Of a stretch of DNA of 64,000 nt, positions 16,182 through 24,521 are shown piece by piece (position 1 is the stretch's first letter; every line of letters begins with the position of its first letter). Under the pieces are notes generated by a model, which had not been told where the DNA came from, ran no database searches, and saw only the letters and a program-made list of their open reading frames with translations. This DNA is from OM182 bacterium. Its GTDB lineage: Bacteria; Pseudomonadota; Gammaproteobacteria; Pseudomonadales; Azotimanducaceae. A program made the translations under genes and the position numbers. Location of the stretch: contig CP121333.1 in the NCBI GenBank assembly GCA_043512555.1, positions 2,309,955 through 2,373,954 of the forward strand, written 5' to 3'.

Positions 16182-17732
16182 TTAAGGTCGATAGGTGAAC
16201 GTTGACGCGCCGGGTGTCAGGGTGCGGTACGCAAGATCAGCCCATCGGCAAAGATTTGCGCGAGTATCCTGCGGATCAATGATTTCCTCTATCTCGAAGA
16301 ACTCTGCGGATCGAAAGGGTGATCTGAGTTTGTTCAATCGCGATTTGATTTTCTCGAGATGCGCATCGTAGTCATCCACTTCAGCCAGCTCAGCTTTGTA
16401 GGCCACTTCGATACCGCCCTCAATAGGCAATGAACCCCAGTCTCCCGATGGCCATGAAAAGCGAAAATGTTGGCTGCCGGGTTTGGTATTTGCTGCGCCG
16501 GCGACACCAAATGCCTTCCTGATTACAACACTGCAGAAGGGTACGTTGGCCTGACCCAGCGCCGCGAGCGCCTGCGAACCAAAGCGAATAGTGGCGTTTT
16601 CCTCTGACTGCTTGCCAATGAGAAACCCCGGGCAGTCAACCAGATGCACGAGCGGCAGGTGAAAGGTTGACGCCAGATCACAGAGCCTGATGAGCTTTCG
16701 ACAGGCATCCGCTGTCCAGGCGCCGCCGTAAATCATCGGATCTTCCGCGAAAAGCGCGACCGGCACACCGTTCAAACGTGCCAGTCCGGTGATGATGGAT
16801 TTGCCCCACTTGCGTCCGATTTCAAAGAAGGAATCCTTGTCGACCACGGCTTCAATGACCGGCCGCATCTTATAGACCTTTCTTGGGTCTTTCGGCACTA
16901 CCTCCGATAAAAATGCTTCTCGGCGATCCGTCGGGTCAGTGCAGTCTGTTTTATTGGGTAGTTCTTCGACGCTCGATGGCAGGTAGGAAAGGAAACGTTT
17001 CGCCATCGCGAACGCTTCAGCTTCGGACGCTGCCTCATCATCAATCGCGCCGTTACGTGTGTGGATGGTGCTCGCGCCCAGTTCCTCTTTTGAGACATCG
17101 CCGAGGCTTGCCCAGTCCACCAGCGCGGGGCCGGCAATCATCATTTGTGCCGTGTCCCTGACGATGACGGAATAATGTGATGTTGAAACGCGCGCGGCGC
17201 CAATCCCGGCAACGCTGCCCAGTGCCAGGGAGACGGAAGGTGCAATACCCAGGTGGCCGACGATCACGTCCCAACCGGCTACTTGCGGTATATAGGTGCG
17301 CCCGGCGGTCTCGATTGTCTTGACGCTGCCACCGCCACCCATGCCGTCGACCAGCCGAATATGTGGAAGGCGGAGTTCGGTTGCGAGGCCCTCGGCCTGT
17401 AAGCGCTTGGCACCGATAGATGCATCAGCTGAACCGCCACGTACCGTGAAGTCATCGCCAGAGACAATGACGGGTCGCCCGTCGATATCGGCCGTGCCAA
17501 ACAGGAAGTTTGACGGTGTTACGGATCTGAGATCACCGTTGTCATCATATTCGCCGACACCGGCCAACTTGCCGATTTCGTGGAAACTGCTTTCATCGAC
17601 GATGGCCTCTACGCGTTCACGAATGGTCAGCTTGCCGAATTCATGTTGTCTCGCAACTTTATCTTCACCACCCATTTGTTCCGCAAACTGCTCGCGTCGG
17701 GAAAGTTCCTCGAGTTCTTTCTCCCAGCTCAT
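16182..17732 (-). CDS. acyl-CoA carboxylase beta subunit-like carboxyltransferase
   Basis: 516 aa, propionyl/methylcrotonyl-CoA carboxylase beta-like (DGMGGGGS, two crotonase-like halves). ATG 17732 overlaps the upstream stop (ATGA). Confidence 0.85.
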   Translation of the reverse strand: MSWEKELEELSRREQFAEQMGGEDKVARQHEFGKLTIRERVEAIVDESSFHEIGKLAGVGEYDDNGDLRSVTPSNFLFGTADIDGRPVIVSGDDFTVRGGSADASIGAKRLQAEGLATELRLPHIRLVDGMGGGGSVKTIETAGRTYIPQVAGWDVIVGHLGIAPSVSLALGSVAGIGAARVSTSHYSVIVRDTAQMMIAGPALVDWASLGDVSKEELGASTIHTRNGAIDDEAASEAEAFAMAKRFLSYLPSSVEELPNKTDCTDPTDRREAFLSEVVPKDPRKVYKMRPVIEAVVDKDSFFEIGRKWGKSIITGLARLNGVPVALFAEDPMIYGGAWTADACRKLIRLCDLASTFHLPLVHLVDCPGFLIGKQSEENATIRFGSQALAALGQANVPFCSVVIRKAFGVAGAANTKPGSQHFRFSWPSGDWGSLPIEGGIEVAYKAELAEVDDYDAHLEKIKSRLNKLRSPFRSAEFFEIEEIIDPQDTRANLCRWADLAYRTLTPGASTFTYRP

Positions 17733-18136
17733 TGTTCCAGTGCCTCCACGCGCCGCCGTGTTGTTGCGAGCCCCACCAACACGGTCAGGCAAAACAGTTC
17801 AAAAATAAATGGGGGAAAGCCACCTTCCGGGATGCCGTCAACCACAAACCCGATGAGCCTGCCGGTGGCAGCAATGCCGAGCAACATTGCACAGCAGATG
17901 AGGTAGTGACCAGCGCCTTGTCTGCCCAGTGCTGCCAGGCTGGCGGTGATCGCTGTCACCAGAAAGAAGCCACCCAGATCAGCGCGCATGGTAGCCCATC
18001 CGAGAATCCCGTTGGGGAGCAGTGCGAATTGATCGCTCATTTGCTCCGGCACCAGCAGCCATTGCAGGCCCATGGCAAGAAAGAATAAGGCGATCAGTGC
18101 GGTCACAACACGAAAGATCTGATAAACGATACGCAT
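17729..18136 (-). CDS. small 4-TM membrane protein (DUF4345-like)
   Basis: The sequence from MRIVYQIFRVVTALIALFFLAMG has four hydrophobic helices. The upstream part of tracked ORF 17729..18427 is not protein-like. Confidence 0.6.
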   Translation of the reverse strand: MRIVYQIFRVVTALIALFFLAMGLQWLLVPEQMSDQFALLPNGILGWATMRADLGGFFLVTAITASLAALGRQGAGHYLICCAMLLGIAATGRLIGFVVDGIPEGGFPPFIFELFCLTVLVGLATTRRRVEALEQ

Positions 18137-18148
18137 AGGGCCCCTCGA

Positions 18149-18166
18149 GTTTTGTTGGTTTTGTTG
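18149..18166. repeat. 9-nt unit GTTTTGTTG x2
   Basis: Read directly, immediately upstream (minus strand) of the membrane-protein start. Confidence 0.9.
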
Positions 18167-18256
18167 GGATCGGGTTATCAGGATCATAGCAACTTCGATA
18201 CACTGCTGCTCTTTTGAGGGCGCGGCCCCGGAAAGCAGGAAAAGGCGGAAGAAAAG

Positions 18257-18946
18257 ATGGCAGAAAAAGAGTATCGACAGACCAGGTTCGAAGCGCCGGC
18301 AGGTGCGACCGATATCATTCTGGTACGTCACGGTGAGTCGAGACCCGCGTCGCCTGACAATCCTTTTCCTTTGGTCGACGGTCAGGGTGATCCGGAATTG
18401 GCGCCCCAGGGCAGGGAGCAGGCACATGCTGTGGGCGAAAGGCTTCGGGTGATGCCAATTGATGCGATCTACGTGACAAATTTACAGCGCACTTATGAAA
18501 CCGCAGCGCCGCTTTCAGGCCATCTGGGTATCGAACCCAGAGTGGAGCCGGATTTACGAGAAGTGCACCTCGGTGACTGGGAAGGGGGCCTGTTTCGAAT
18601 CAAGGCACATGAGAACGACCCCTTGGTTGAGAAAATGCGCAAGGAGCAGCGATGGGACGTAATACCTGGTGCTGAAAGCCGGGATGCTTTGCGTCAGCGA
18701 GTTTTCGGCGCGCTCGATCGGATCGCGACCAATCATCAAAACGAGTTGGTGGTCGTTGTCGCGCACGGGGGTGTTATTGGACACATCATTGCAGAAGCCT
18801 CGGGCGCTGCCCCCTTCGCATTTAACGGGTGCGATAACGGTTCGATATCACGCATCGTCTGGACCGCTGAAGGCATCGTTGTCCGCGGGTTCAATGATGT
18901 AAGTCACCTGGACGCGGTTCGATCTAATAGTGCGATGCCGACCTGA
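18257..18946 (+). CDS. histidine phosphatase family protein (phosphoglycerate-mutase-like)
   Basis: LVRHGES motif and later VAHGGVI. Confidence 0.85.
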   Translation: MAEKEYRQTRFEAPAGATDIILVRHGESRPASPDNPFPLVDGQGDPELAPQGREQAHAVGERLRVMPIDAIYVTNLQRTYETAAPLSGHLGIEPRVEPDLREVHLGDWEGGLFRIKAHENDPLVEKMRKEQRWDVIPGAESRDALRQRVFGALDRIATNHQNELVVVVAHGGVIGHIIAEASGAAPFAFNGCDNGSISRIVWTAEGIVVRGFNDVSHLDAVRSNSAMPT

Positions 18947-19007
18947 CAAAATGCCGAACAAGATAGATCCCGGCTAAGGGATCTGACGAGATACAAGGAT
19001 AAAGAAG

Positions 19008-20504
19008 ATGAAGAACGCCTACGAAACACTAACTGAACACTATCGCCAGGTTGGCGATTTGCGACACGTCGCGAGTATCTGTCACTGGGATGAAGCCGCC
19101 GTGATGCCTGAGGGTGGCGGCGAAGCTCGGGGTCAGGCCATGGCAACACTTGGAGTTGTGATTCACGAAAAGCTGACCAATACCGAGATTGGCAACTGGC
19201 TCGATGCCTGCTCGAATCTCGATCTGACGGAATGGCAACGCGCGAACGTGCGAGAGATCAAACGTGACTACGATGCGCGAACAAGTCTGCCAACGCAGTT
19301 GGTTAATGACCTTTCGCTGGCAACCTCGCGAGCTGAGCAGGCCTGGCGAAAACATCGTGCCGAGAACAACTGGAAGGCGATGCAACCGCTTCTGGAAGAC
19401 GTTGTACGACTGGTTCGGCAATCCGCCGTGGTGCGCAGCGAGCGTTCCGGATTGTCACTCTATGATTCGCTACTCGATAGCTACGAGCCTGATATGCGTT
19501 CTGAAACCGTTGACCAGTTATTTGCACCGCTCAAGGCAACGCTGCCAGGTCTCATTGATGATGTCATCCAAAAACAGAAAAGTGAGCCTGTATTGCCGAT
19601 TGGCAATCACTTCCCCATTGAAAGCCAGCGCGCTTTGGGGCTGAAGGTGATGGAAGTCATCGGGTTCGACTTCAACCACGGTCGTCTTGACGTTTCCCAC
19701 CATCCGTTTTGTGGTGGCGTAAAAGAAGACGTGAGAATCACAACACGATACACGACTGATAACTTTGTTGAGTCGCTGATGGGTGTGATTCACGAAACAG
19801 GCCATGCCATGTACGAGCAGGGCAGGCCGGACGGCTGGCAAGGACAACCTGTTGGCGAGGCTCGCAGCAGTGGCGTTCATGAAAGTCAGTCTCTGACGAT
19901 GGAAATGCAGGTCGGCCGGTCCAAAGAGTTCCTCGGCCATATCGCGCCGCTGATTCGTGAAGCCTTTGATGCGCCGGCCTCAGACGCCGCATGGTCTGAT
20001 GATAATCTCAGGCGGATTTACACCCGCGTGAACCGGGATCTGATCCGGGTCAACGCGGATGAACTCACCTATCCGCTGCACGTCATACTTCGATATGAAA
20101 TTGAGAAAGCCCTTGTTGAAGGTGAGATGGAAGTGGCGGATATTCCTGCCGAGTGGGATGCCCGCATGATGAAGTATCTGCAGCTCGACACCTCGGGCGA
20201 TTATGCCAACGGCTGTCTGCAGGATGTCCACTGGCAGGCAGGCCTGTTCGGCTACTTCCCGACCTATACGTTGGGTGCGATGATGGCTGCACAGCTCTTC
20301 AACGCAGCGAAAGTTGCCCACCCTGAACTGATGCAGCACATTGCAGTAGGGGACCTGTCTTCTCTGGTGAGCTGGTTACGCAGCAACGTGCATGAAAAGG
20401 CCAGCTCGCTGGGCGTGAATGAATTACTACGTGAGGCGACTGGCGAGACGATAAGCACCGACTTTCTGATTAATCATCTGAAGGCGCGATATTTGTCTGA
20501 CTAA
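19008..20504 (+). CDS. carboxypeptidase M32 (Taq-type metallocarboxypeptidase)
   Basis: HPF, HETGHAMYEQG (HExxH) and GVHESQS motifs, 498 aa. Confidence 0.9.
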   Translation: MKNAYETLTEHYRQVGDLRHVASICHWDEAAVMPEGGGEARGQAMATLGVVIHEKLTNTEIGNWLDACSNLDLTEWQRANVREIKRDYDARTSLPTQLVNDLSLATSRAEQAWRKHRAENNWKAMQPLLEDVVRLVRQSAVVRSERSGLSLYDSLLDSYEPDMRSETVDQLFAPLKATLPGLIDDVIQKQKSEPVLPIGNHFPIESQRALGLKVMEVIGFDFNHGRLDVSHHPFCGGVKEDVRITTRYTTDNFVESLMGVIHETGHAMYEQGRPDGWQGQPVGEARSSGVHESQSLTMEMQVGRSKEFLGHIAPLIREAFDAPASDAAWSDDNLRRIYTRVNRDLIRVNADELTYPLHVILRYEIEKALVEGEMEVADIPAEWDARMMKYLQLDTSGDYANGCLQDVHWQAGLFGYFPTYTLGAMMAAQLFNAAKVAHPELMQHIAVGDLSSLVSWLRSNVHEKASSLGVNELLREATGETISTDFLINHLKARYLSD

Positions 20505-20565
20505 AAGGGAGAGGCCAGTCGAGTTTCGCTAAACCCAACAGCGCCAGCGGCTGGTTTCAGGGCGG

Positions 20566-21402
20566 TTAGTCCAGATCTTTTGCGCTGAAGGTGGCTTTGC
20601 CCGTACGCTTTTCTGGTTGTTCCGGTTTTTTTCGCTTGGATTCCGTCAGTGCCATTCTGTCGGCGACCGATTGCACATCTTTGGAGCCGAAAGAGGCCTT
20701 GCCAGCGCCGCCAGCCTGACGCCCTGATAGTTTAGCTTTGATCGCCTCTGGCGTTTGCGCAATCTCTTTACTACCACTCGCAGCGGCGAACTGCGGCGGT
20801 GGTGGAGTGTTACTCGCAATGTCTCTGGCAACAAAGCTTGATGGCCCCATACTGCCGGATTTGCCTGCGAGTTTCTTTCTGATTTCATCGGGGGTTTGAG
20901 CGATGTCTCGTTTTATCGTTGGTTGGATATAGGCGGAAGTAAGTTCTTTTGAGTCGAATTGGGCACGCTCTTTCTGGATTTCCTCGATGGAGCGACCTTC
21001 GCGTACGTGTTGATTAACCTGCACGCTGAGAATTCTCAGCTCCCTTGATGCCGCGTGTTTCTCGCTCTCGCCCGGTTCTAGCTTGTGCTGTAGATGTTCG
21101 TTGTGGCTGAGCGTAAGGAATGCGGTTGGCAGTTTGCTGACCAACAGATTTCTCACGACGCGCATGCGGTCTTCAATCCACATCTGCTCATCGGACTTGA
21201 GGCTCAGTTCGCCAGCGTTCGCAGTGGCTGCCAATGCATCGACCAGGGCGGAGTAAATAACTTTCAATTCACTTTTCAGCGAAGGCTCAAGCTCGGAATA
21301 CGTTTCGTCGGAATTCAGCTTTCGGAGTCGGCTGATTTCAACCAGCAATCTCACTTCGAGGTCGATCAGATCACTGTCGATATTTTTTAGCGCTTCGTTC
21401 AT
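20566..21402 (-). CDS. hypothetical protein with internally repeated C-terminal motif
   Basis: 278 aa. N-terminal half is helical and coiled-coil-like. The C-terminal half repeats (K/R)(D/E)IAQTP(D/E)xI(K/R)xKL(A/S)G ... (A/S)(S/T)F(x)(A/S)(K/R)D(V/L/I). The start overlaps the CBS gene stop (ATGA). Confidence 0.7.
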   Translation of the reverse strand: MNEALKNIDSDLIDLEVRLLVEISRLRKLNSDETYSELEPSLKSELKVIYSALVDALAATANAGELSLKSDEQMWIEDRMRVVRNLLVSKLPTAFLTLSHNEHLQHKLEPGESEKHAASRELRILSVQVNQHVREGRSIEEIQKERAQFDSKELTSAYIQPTIKRDIAQTPDEIRKKLAGKSGSMGPSSFVARDIASNTPPPPQFAAASGSKEIAQTPEAIKAKLSGRQAGGAGKASFGSKDVQSVADRMALTESKRKKPEQPEKRTGKATFSAKDLD

Positions 21403-21803
21403 TTTCTCTTCAGGTCTTCGGTAACAGCGCGAAGGATCTGCCTGCAGGAAATTTGCCCTACCAGCTTTCCGTCTCGAATCACCGGCCGTCGTCGTCGTTT
21501 GTTTTCCATCATGGATGTCGCTACGTCTATGATGTTGTCATTAACATCTGCTATTTCAACGTCTCGGGTCATGATATCGCTGACGAGCTCACCGCCAGGA
21601 TCGGTGCCGTTGTAAACGCTGGTTACCATCGCGCGCAGACAGTCGAGTTCAGACAATACGCCTACCAGTTTTCCATCTGCATCGACGACGGTCGCGCCAG
21701 ATGCCTTGTTGGATAATATTACCTGTGAGGCTTCGTAGATATTCATTTCCGATGAGACTCTGACATCCTGCTCAGCGAGAAATCGCACTATACCGGTGGC
21801 CAC
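21399..21803 (-). CDS. CBS domain pair protein
   Basis: Two CBS repeats (GATVVDADGKLVGVLSELD and RRRPVIRDGKLVGQISCRQIL). Start placed at GTG 21803, preceded by GGGAG 9 nt upstream. Confidence 0.8.
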   Translation of the reverse strand: MATGIVRFLAEQDVRVSSEMNIYEASQVILSNKASGATVVDADGKLVGVLSELDCLRAMVTSVYNGTDPGGELVSDIMTRDVEIADVNDNIIDVATSMMENKRRRRPVIRDGKLVGQISCRQILRAVTEDLKRK

Positions 21804-21837
21804 AAATCTACTCCCTTTTGTCTGCCTTAAATTTAGT

Positions 21838-22584
21838 TTAGAGCTTCTCCCACAACGTATCAAAGGTGATTTTCATTGCACTTGAGATACCTCCGGAGTC
21901 GAGAATCACCACCGTTTGGTAGTCGCCGCCCAGCAGGGAAATCATGGCGCACTTGGAGCCATAGATGGCGACATACGAAGCGGACTTCTCCTCACCGGCA
22001 TCTTCAATCCACTTGCGTTCAGACAAGGGGGCATCTTCACCGCCCTCGCCAATAGCGATTACGTTGACATGAATGCCCGCTTTGACGCGGGCGCCGGTGA
22101 AGCCGGGGAAGGGGCGGTACAGGTATTTCCTGATCCGCCTTGATGAGTAGACTCGATAGTATGTTTCGCCCGAGGTCTTCATCGTCTCCAGGATATCGCG
22201 GAGAAGATATTCGACACCTTCGTCTCCTTCATAGTGAAACACGCCGGTCTCGGAGGTGTCGGGCATGATCTCTTTGAGATTGGGCAGTATTTCGCTTTCC
22301 AGCCTGTCAGCTGCTGATGTGGTCTGTTGCTGTACCTGGCGAGCTTTGCGCACCAGGATTTCCGGGGGCTCGGCGCAGAAGAAGCGGCGTTTGCCCTGTG
22401 GGAAGTAACTCACCAGTGACATGGAACGCAGCCGCTTCAACTCTTCATAGACAGTACCCCGGTTGATGTTGGCTGCCGAAGCGATATCCCGTATGGAGCT
22501 CGGGCCCAGTTTAAGCAAAGCGAGGTAGATGTCGGTTTGCCGGTTGCTGATGCCCAGTTCTGCCAGCGTTTCGTGGATAAACAT
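21838..22584 (-). CDS. TrmB family transcriptional regulator
   Basis: N-terminal winged HTH (LGISNRQTDIYLALLKLGPSSIRDIASAANINRGTVYEELKRL), 248 aa. Confidence 0.8.
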   Translation of the reverse strand: MFIHETLAELGISNRQTDIYLALLKLGPSSIRDIASAANINRGTVYEELKRLRSMSLVSYFPQGKRRFFCAEPPEILVRKARQVQQQTTSAADRLESEILPNLKEIMPDTSETGVFHYEGDEGVEYLLRDILETMKTSGETYYRVYSSRRIRKYLYRPFPGFTGARVKAGIHVNVIAIGEGGEDAPLSERKWIEDAGEEKSASYVAIYGSKCAMISLLGGDYQTVVILDSGGISSAMKITFDTLWEKL

Positions 22585-22603
22585 GTCAAATAAATGATGA
22601 CAT
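22583..22603. promoter_or_regulatory. palindrome ATGTCA-N9-TGACAT overlapping the trmB-like start codon (candidate operator)
   Basis: Read directly. It shares the TGTCA-N9-TGACA core with the site at 22657-22675. Confidence 0.45.
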
Positions 22604-22656
22604 TTTAGCCATCTCTCCTGGATTAAAGCTGGATATTGCGCTTTTGTTCAGATTAC

Positions 22657-22675
22657 TGTCAATCATTCTCTGACA
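22657..22675. promoter_or_regulatory. palindrome TGTCA-N9-TGACA abutting ATG 22676 (candidate operator)
   Basis: Read directly. It is the second copy of the same half-sites and spacing, 54 bp from the first. Confidence 0.45.
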
Positions 22676-23509
22676 ATGGCGGCGAAGGTCGCTGAGGGGC
22701 TCTGGTACAATGCGTCGCCTGACCTTCATTTCCGTAGCAACATGCTGGCACAACAACTGACCGATATAGATCGAGCAACGTTTCTCAGGGACGGGTACCT
22801 TGTCGCGCCGTCGATGGTGTCCGCTTCGCGGTGCGATGAGTTGGCTTCGCTGGCACGTGAGCATCTTGATGCGTTGATTGCGCCGGTTGAGTTTGAAGTC
22901 GATGTTCATTACCCCGGCTCACCGGTTGATCGCAGTGCACCGGGCGCAAGAACGTCCAGACGATTGCTGCAGGCCTATGCGCGAGGTAAAGCCTATCGGG
23001 ATTGGGCAACCGACGATGCCGTCAGGCACGGGCTGGAAACCCTGTTCGCTGGTGGGCCTGTTTGTCTCTCCCAGTGCCACCATAACTGCATTATGACGAA
23101 AGCGCCCGGTTTCAGCAGCGCGACCCTGTGGCACCAGGACAATCGTTACTGGTCGTTTGATCGCGAAGATCTGATTACGGTATGGCTGGCGCTGGGCGAT
23201 GAGAATCGAAAGAATGGTTGCCTGCGGGTTATCCCTGGCTCACACACCCTGGATCTTCCGCCCGGCCGTTTCGATGCCGCCAAGTTCCTGCGTCCTGACG
23301 TTGCGGAAAACAAGTCCCTCATTAGCGAGGCGGAGCGCGTCGAGTTGTCGAAAGGCGACGTGCTGTTCTTTCATAGCCGACTGTTTCATGCGGCAGGCCG
23401 TAATCTGACAGACGAAACGAAATTATCGGTTGTCTATACCTACCACCAGCAGACGAATCACCCCATTGAAGGTACGCGTTCGGATCAGTTCCCGTCGATC
23501 GTTCTTTAA
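22676..23509 (+). CDS. phytanoyl-CoA dioxygenase (PhyH) family Fe(II)/2-oxoglutarate oxygenase
   Basis: LWHQDNRYW (HxD), later H in FHSRLFHAAGRN. The start is uncertain (ATG 22676 or ATG 22742). Confidence 0.8.
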   Translation: MAAKVAEGLWYNASPDLHFRSNMLAQQLTDIDRATFLRDGYLVAPSMVSASRCDELASLAREHLDALIAPVEFEVDVHYPGSPVDRSAPGARTSRRLLQAYARGKAYRDWATDDAVRHGLETLFAGGPVCLSQCHHNCIMTKAPGFSSATLWHQDNRYWSFDREDLITVWLALGDENRKNGCLRVIPGSHTLDLPPGRFDAAKFLRPDVAENKSLISEAERVELSKGDVLFFHSRLFHAAGRNLTDETKLSVVYTYHQQTNHPIEGTRSDQFPSIVL

Positions 23510-24415
23510 TCAGGCACTTGTAGCCAACGGTTCGATGAGCGACATGAAGTCGATCAGTGTGCTCTCTCTTGAATGACCTTTACGCCAGGCGAAACCAATG
23601 TCCCGATAGAACAGCTCTCGTGACAGTGGCGACGTTTTAATACGCGGCAGATTTTGCACGAGGCTGAGCGCCATATCAGGGACGAGAGTAACGCCCAGGT
23701 CGTTCTCGACCATCTGTAACAAGAGCTGCAGGTTGTTCGCACCGAAGGTGTGAATCTTTTTGTGATTCTTCAGCCGGCAGCCGGCGAGCGCATGGTCCCT
23801 CAGGCAGTGACCGTCATCCAGGAGCAGCAGGCTTTCGTCGGGCAGCTCATCAAACTCGAAGTTAGTCTGGGTCGGGTCAATCAGTTTTGACTTCGCGTTA
23901 TAGGCGAGATGAAAACCCTCTCTATAGATCACCCGGGTTTGAACCCGGCCAACGTCGTAGGGCAGGGCGATCAGAGCAAAATCCAGTTTATTGCCCAGCA
24001 GTTCCTCGATCAGATTAGCGGTGGTGTTTTCGCGTATGTAAAGCTGCAGCCCCGGGTGGGATTGCTGCAGTGCATAGGCGTAATCGCCCATGATATAGGG
24101 CGCAATGGTGGGTATCGCACCGAGTTTGACAGGCAGCGCCAGCGGGTCAGTCAGGCCTCTTGCTTCAGCAATCAGATCCTCTGTTTGCATAATAATGTAG
24201 CGTGCGCGATCAACAATTTTTTCGCCCGCTTCGGTAAACACGACGGACTTATTGGTCCGCTCAACCAGCATGATCCCCAGCGAGGACTCCAGCTCCCTGA
24301 TGCCCGTCGACAGCGTGGACTGAGTCACGTTCAGCTCCTTTGCTGCATTACCAAAGTGCAGGTGTTCTCTAAGTCCAACAAGATATTGCAGCTGTCGAAT
24401 GGGAGGGAGGTGCAT
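23510..24415 (-). CDS. oxyR: LysR family transcriptional regulator, OxyR-like
   Basis: N-terminal LysR HTH. DDGHCLRDHALAGC matches the E. coli OxyR redox-cysteine segment (GHCLRDQAMGFC, Cys spacing 9). Confidence 0.6.
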   Translation of the reverse strand: MHLPPIRQLQYLVGLREHLHFGNAAKELNVTQSTLSTGIRELESSLGIMLVERTNKSVVFTEAGEKIVDRARYIIMQTEDLIAEARGLTDPLALPVKLGAIPTIAPYIMGDYAYALQQSHPGLQLYIRENTTANLIEELLGNKLDFALIALPYDVGRVQTRVIYREGFHLAYNAKSKLIDPTQTNFEFDELPDESLLLLDDGHCLRDHALAGCRLKNHKKIHTFGANNLQLLLQMVENDLGVTLVPDMALSLVQNLPRIKTSPLSRELFYRDIGFAWRKGHSRESTLIDFMSLIEPLATSA

Positions 24416-24521
24416 AGGGCTTACGTCAATTTGAGTTGGCGGGAGTTTACCCTATTCGTGCGCCGGCCGTTCTCGGTATCATGTGCGTCTTGTCCATCTG
24501 GCAGCAATTAGGAGTCGCAAC

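Noticed and set aside
17729-18427. The full 232-aa tracked ORF as the membrane-protein gene.
   Set aside because: The first 97 codons (MCLLPALGRQFRITLTVDQRKR...) are Arg-rich and run antisense to the start of the histidine-phosphatase gene region. The hydrophobic protein begins at ATG 18136.
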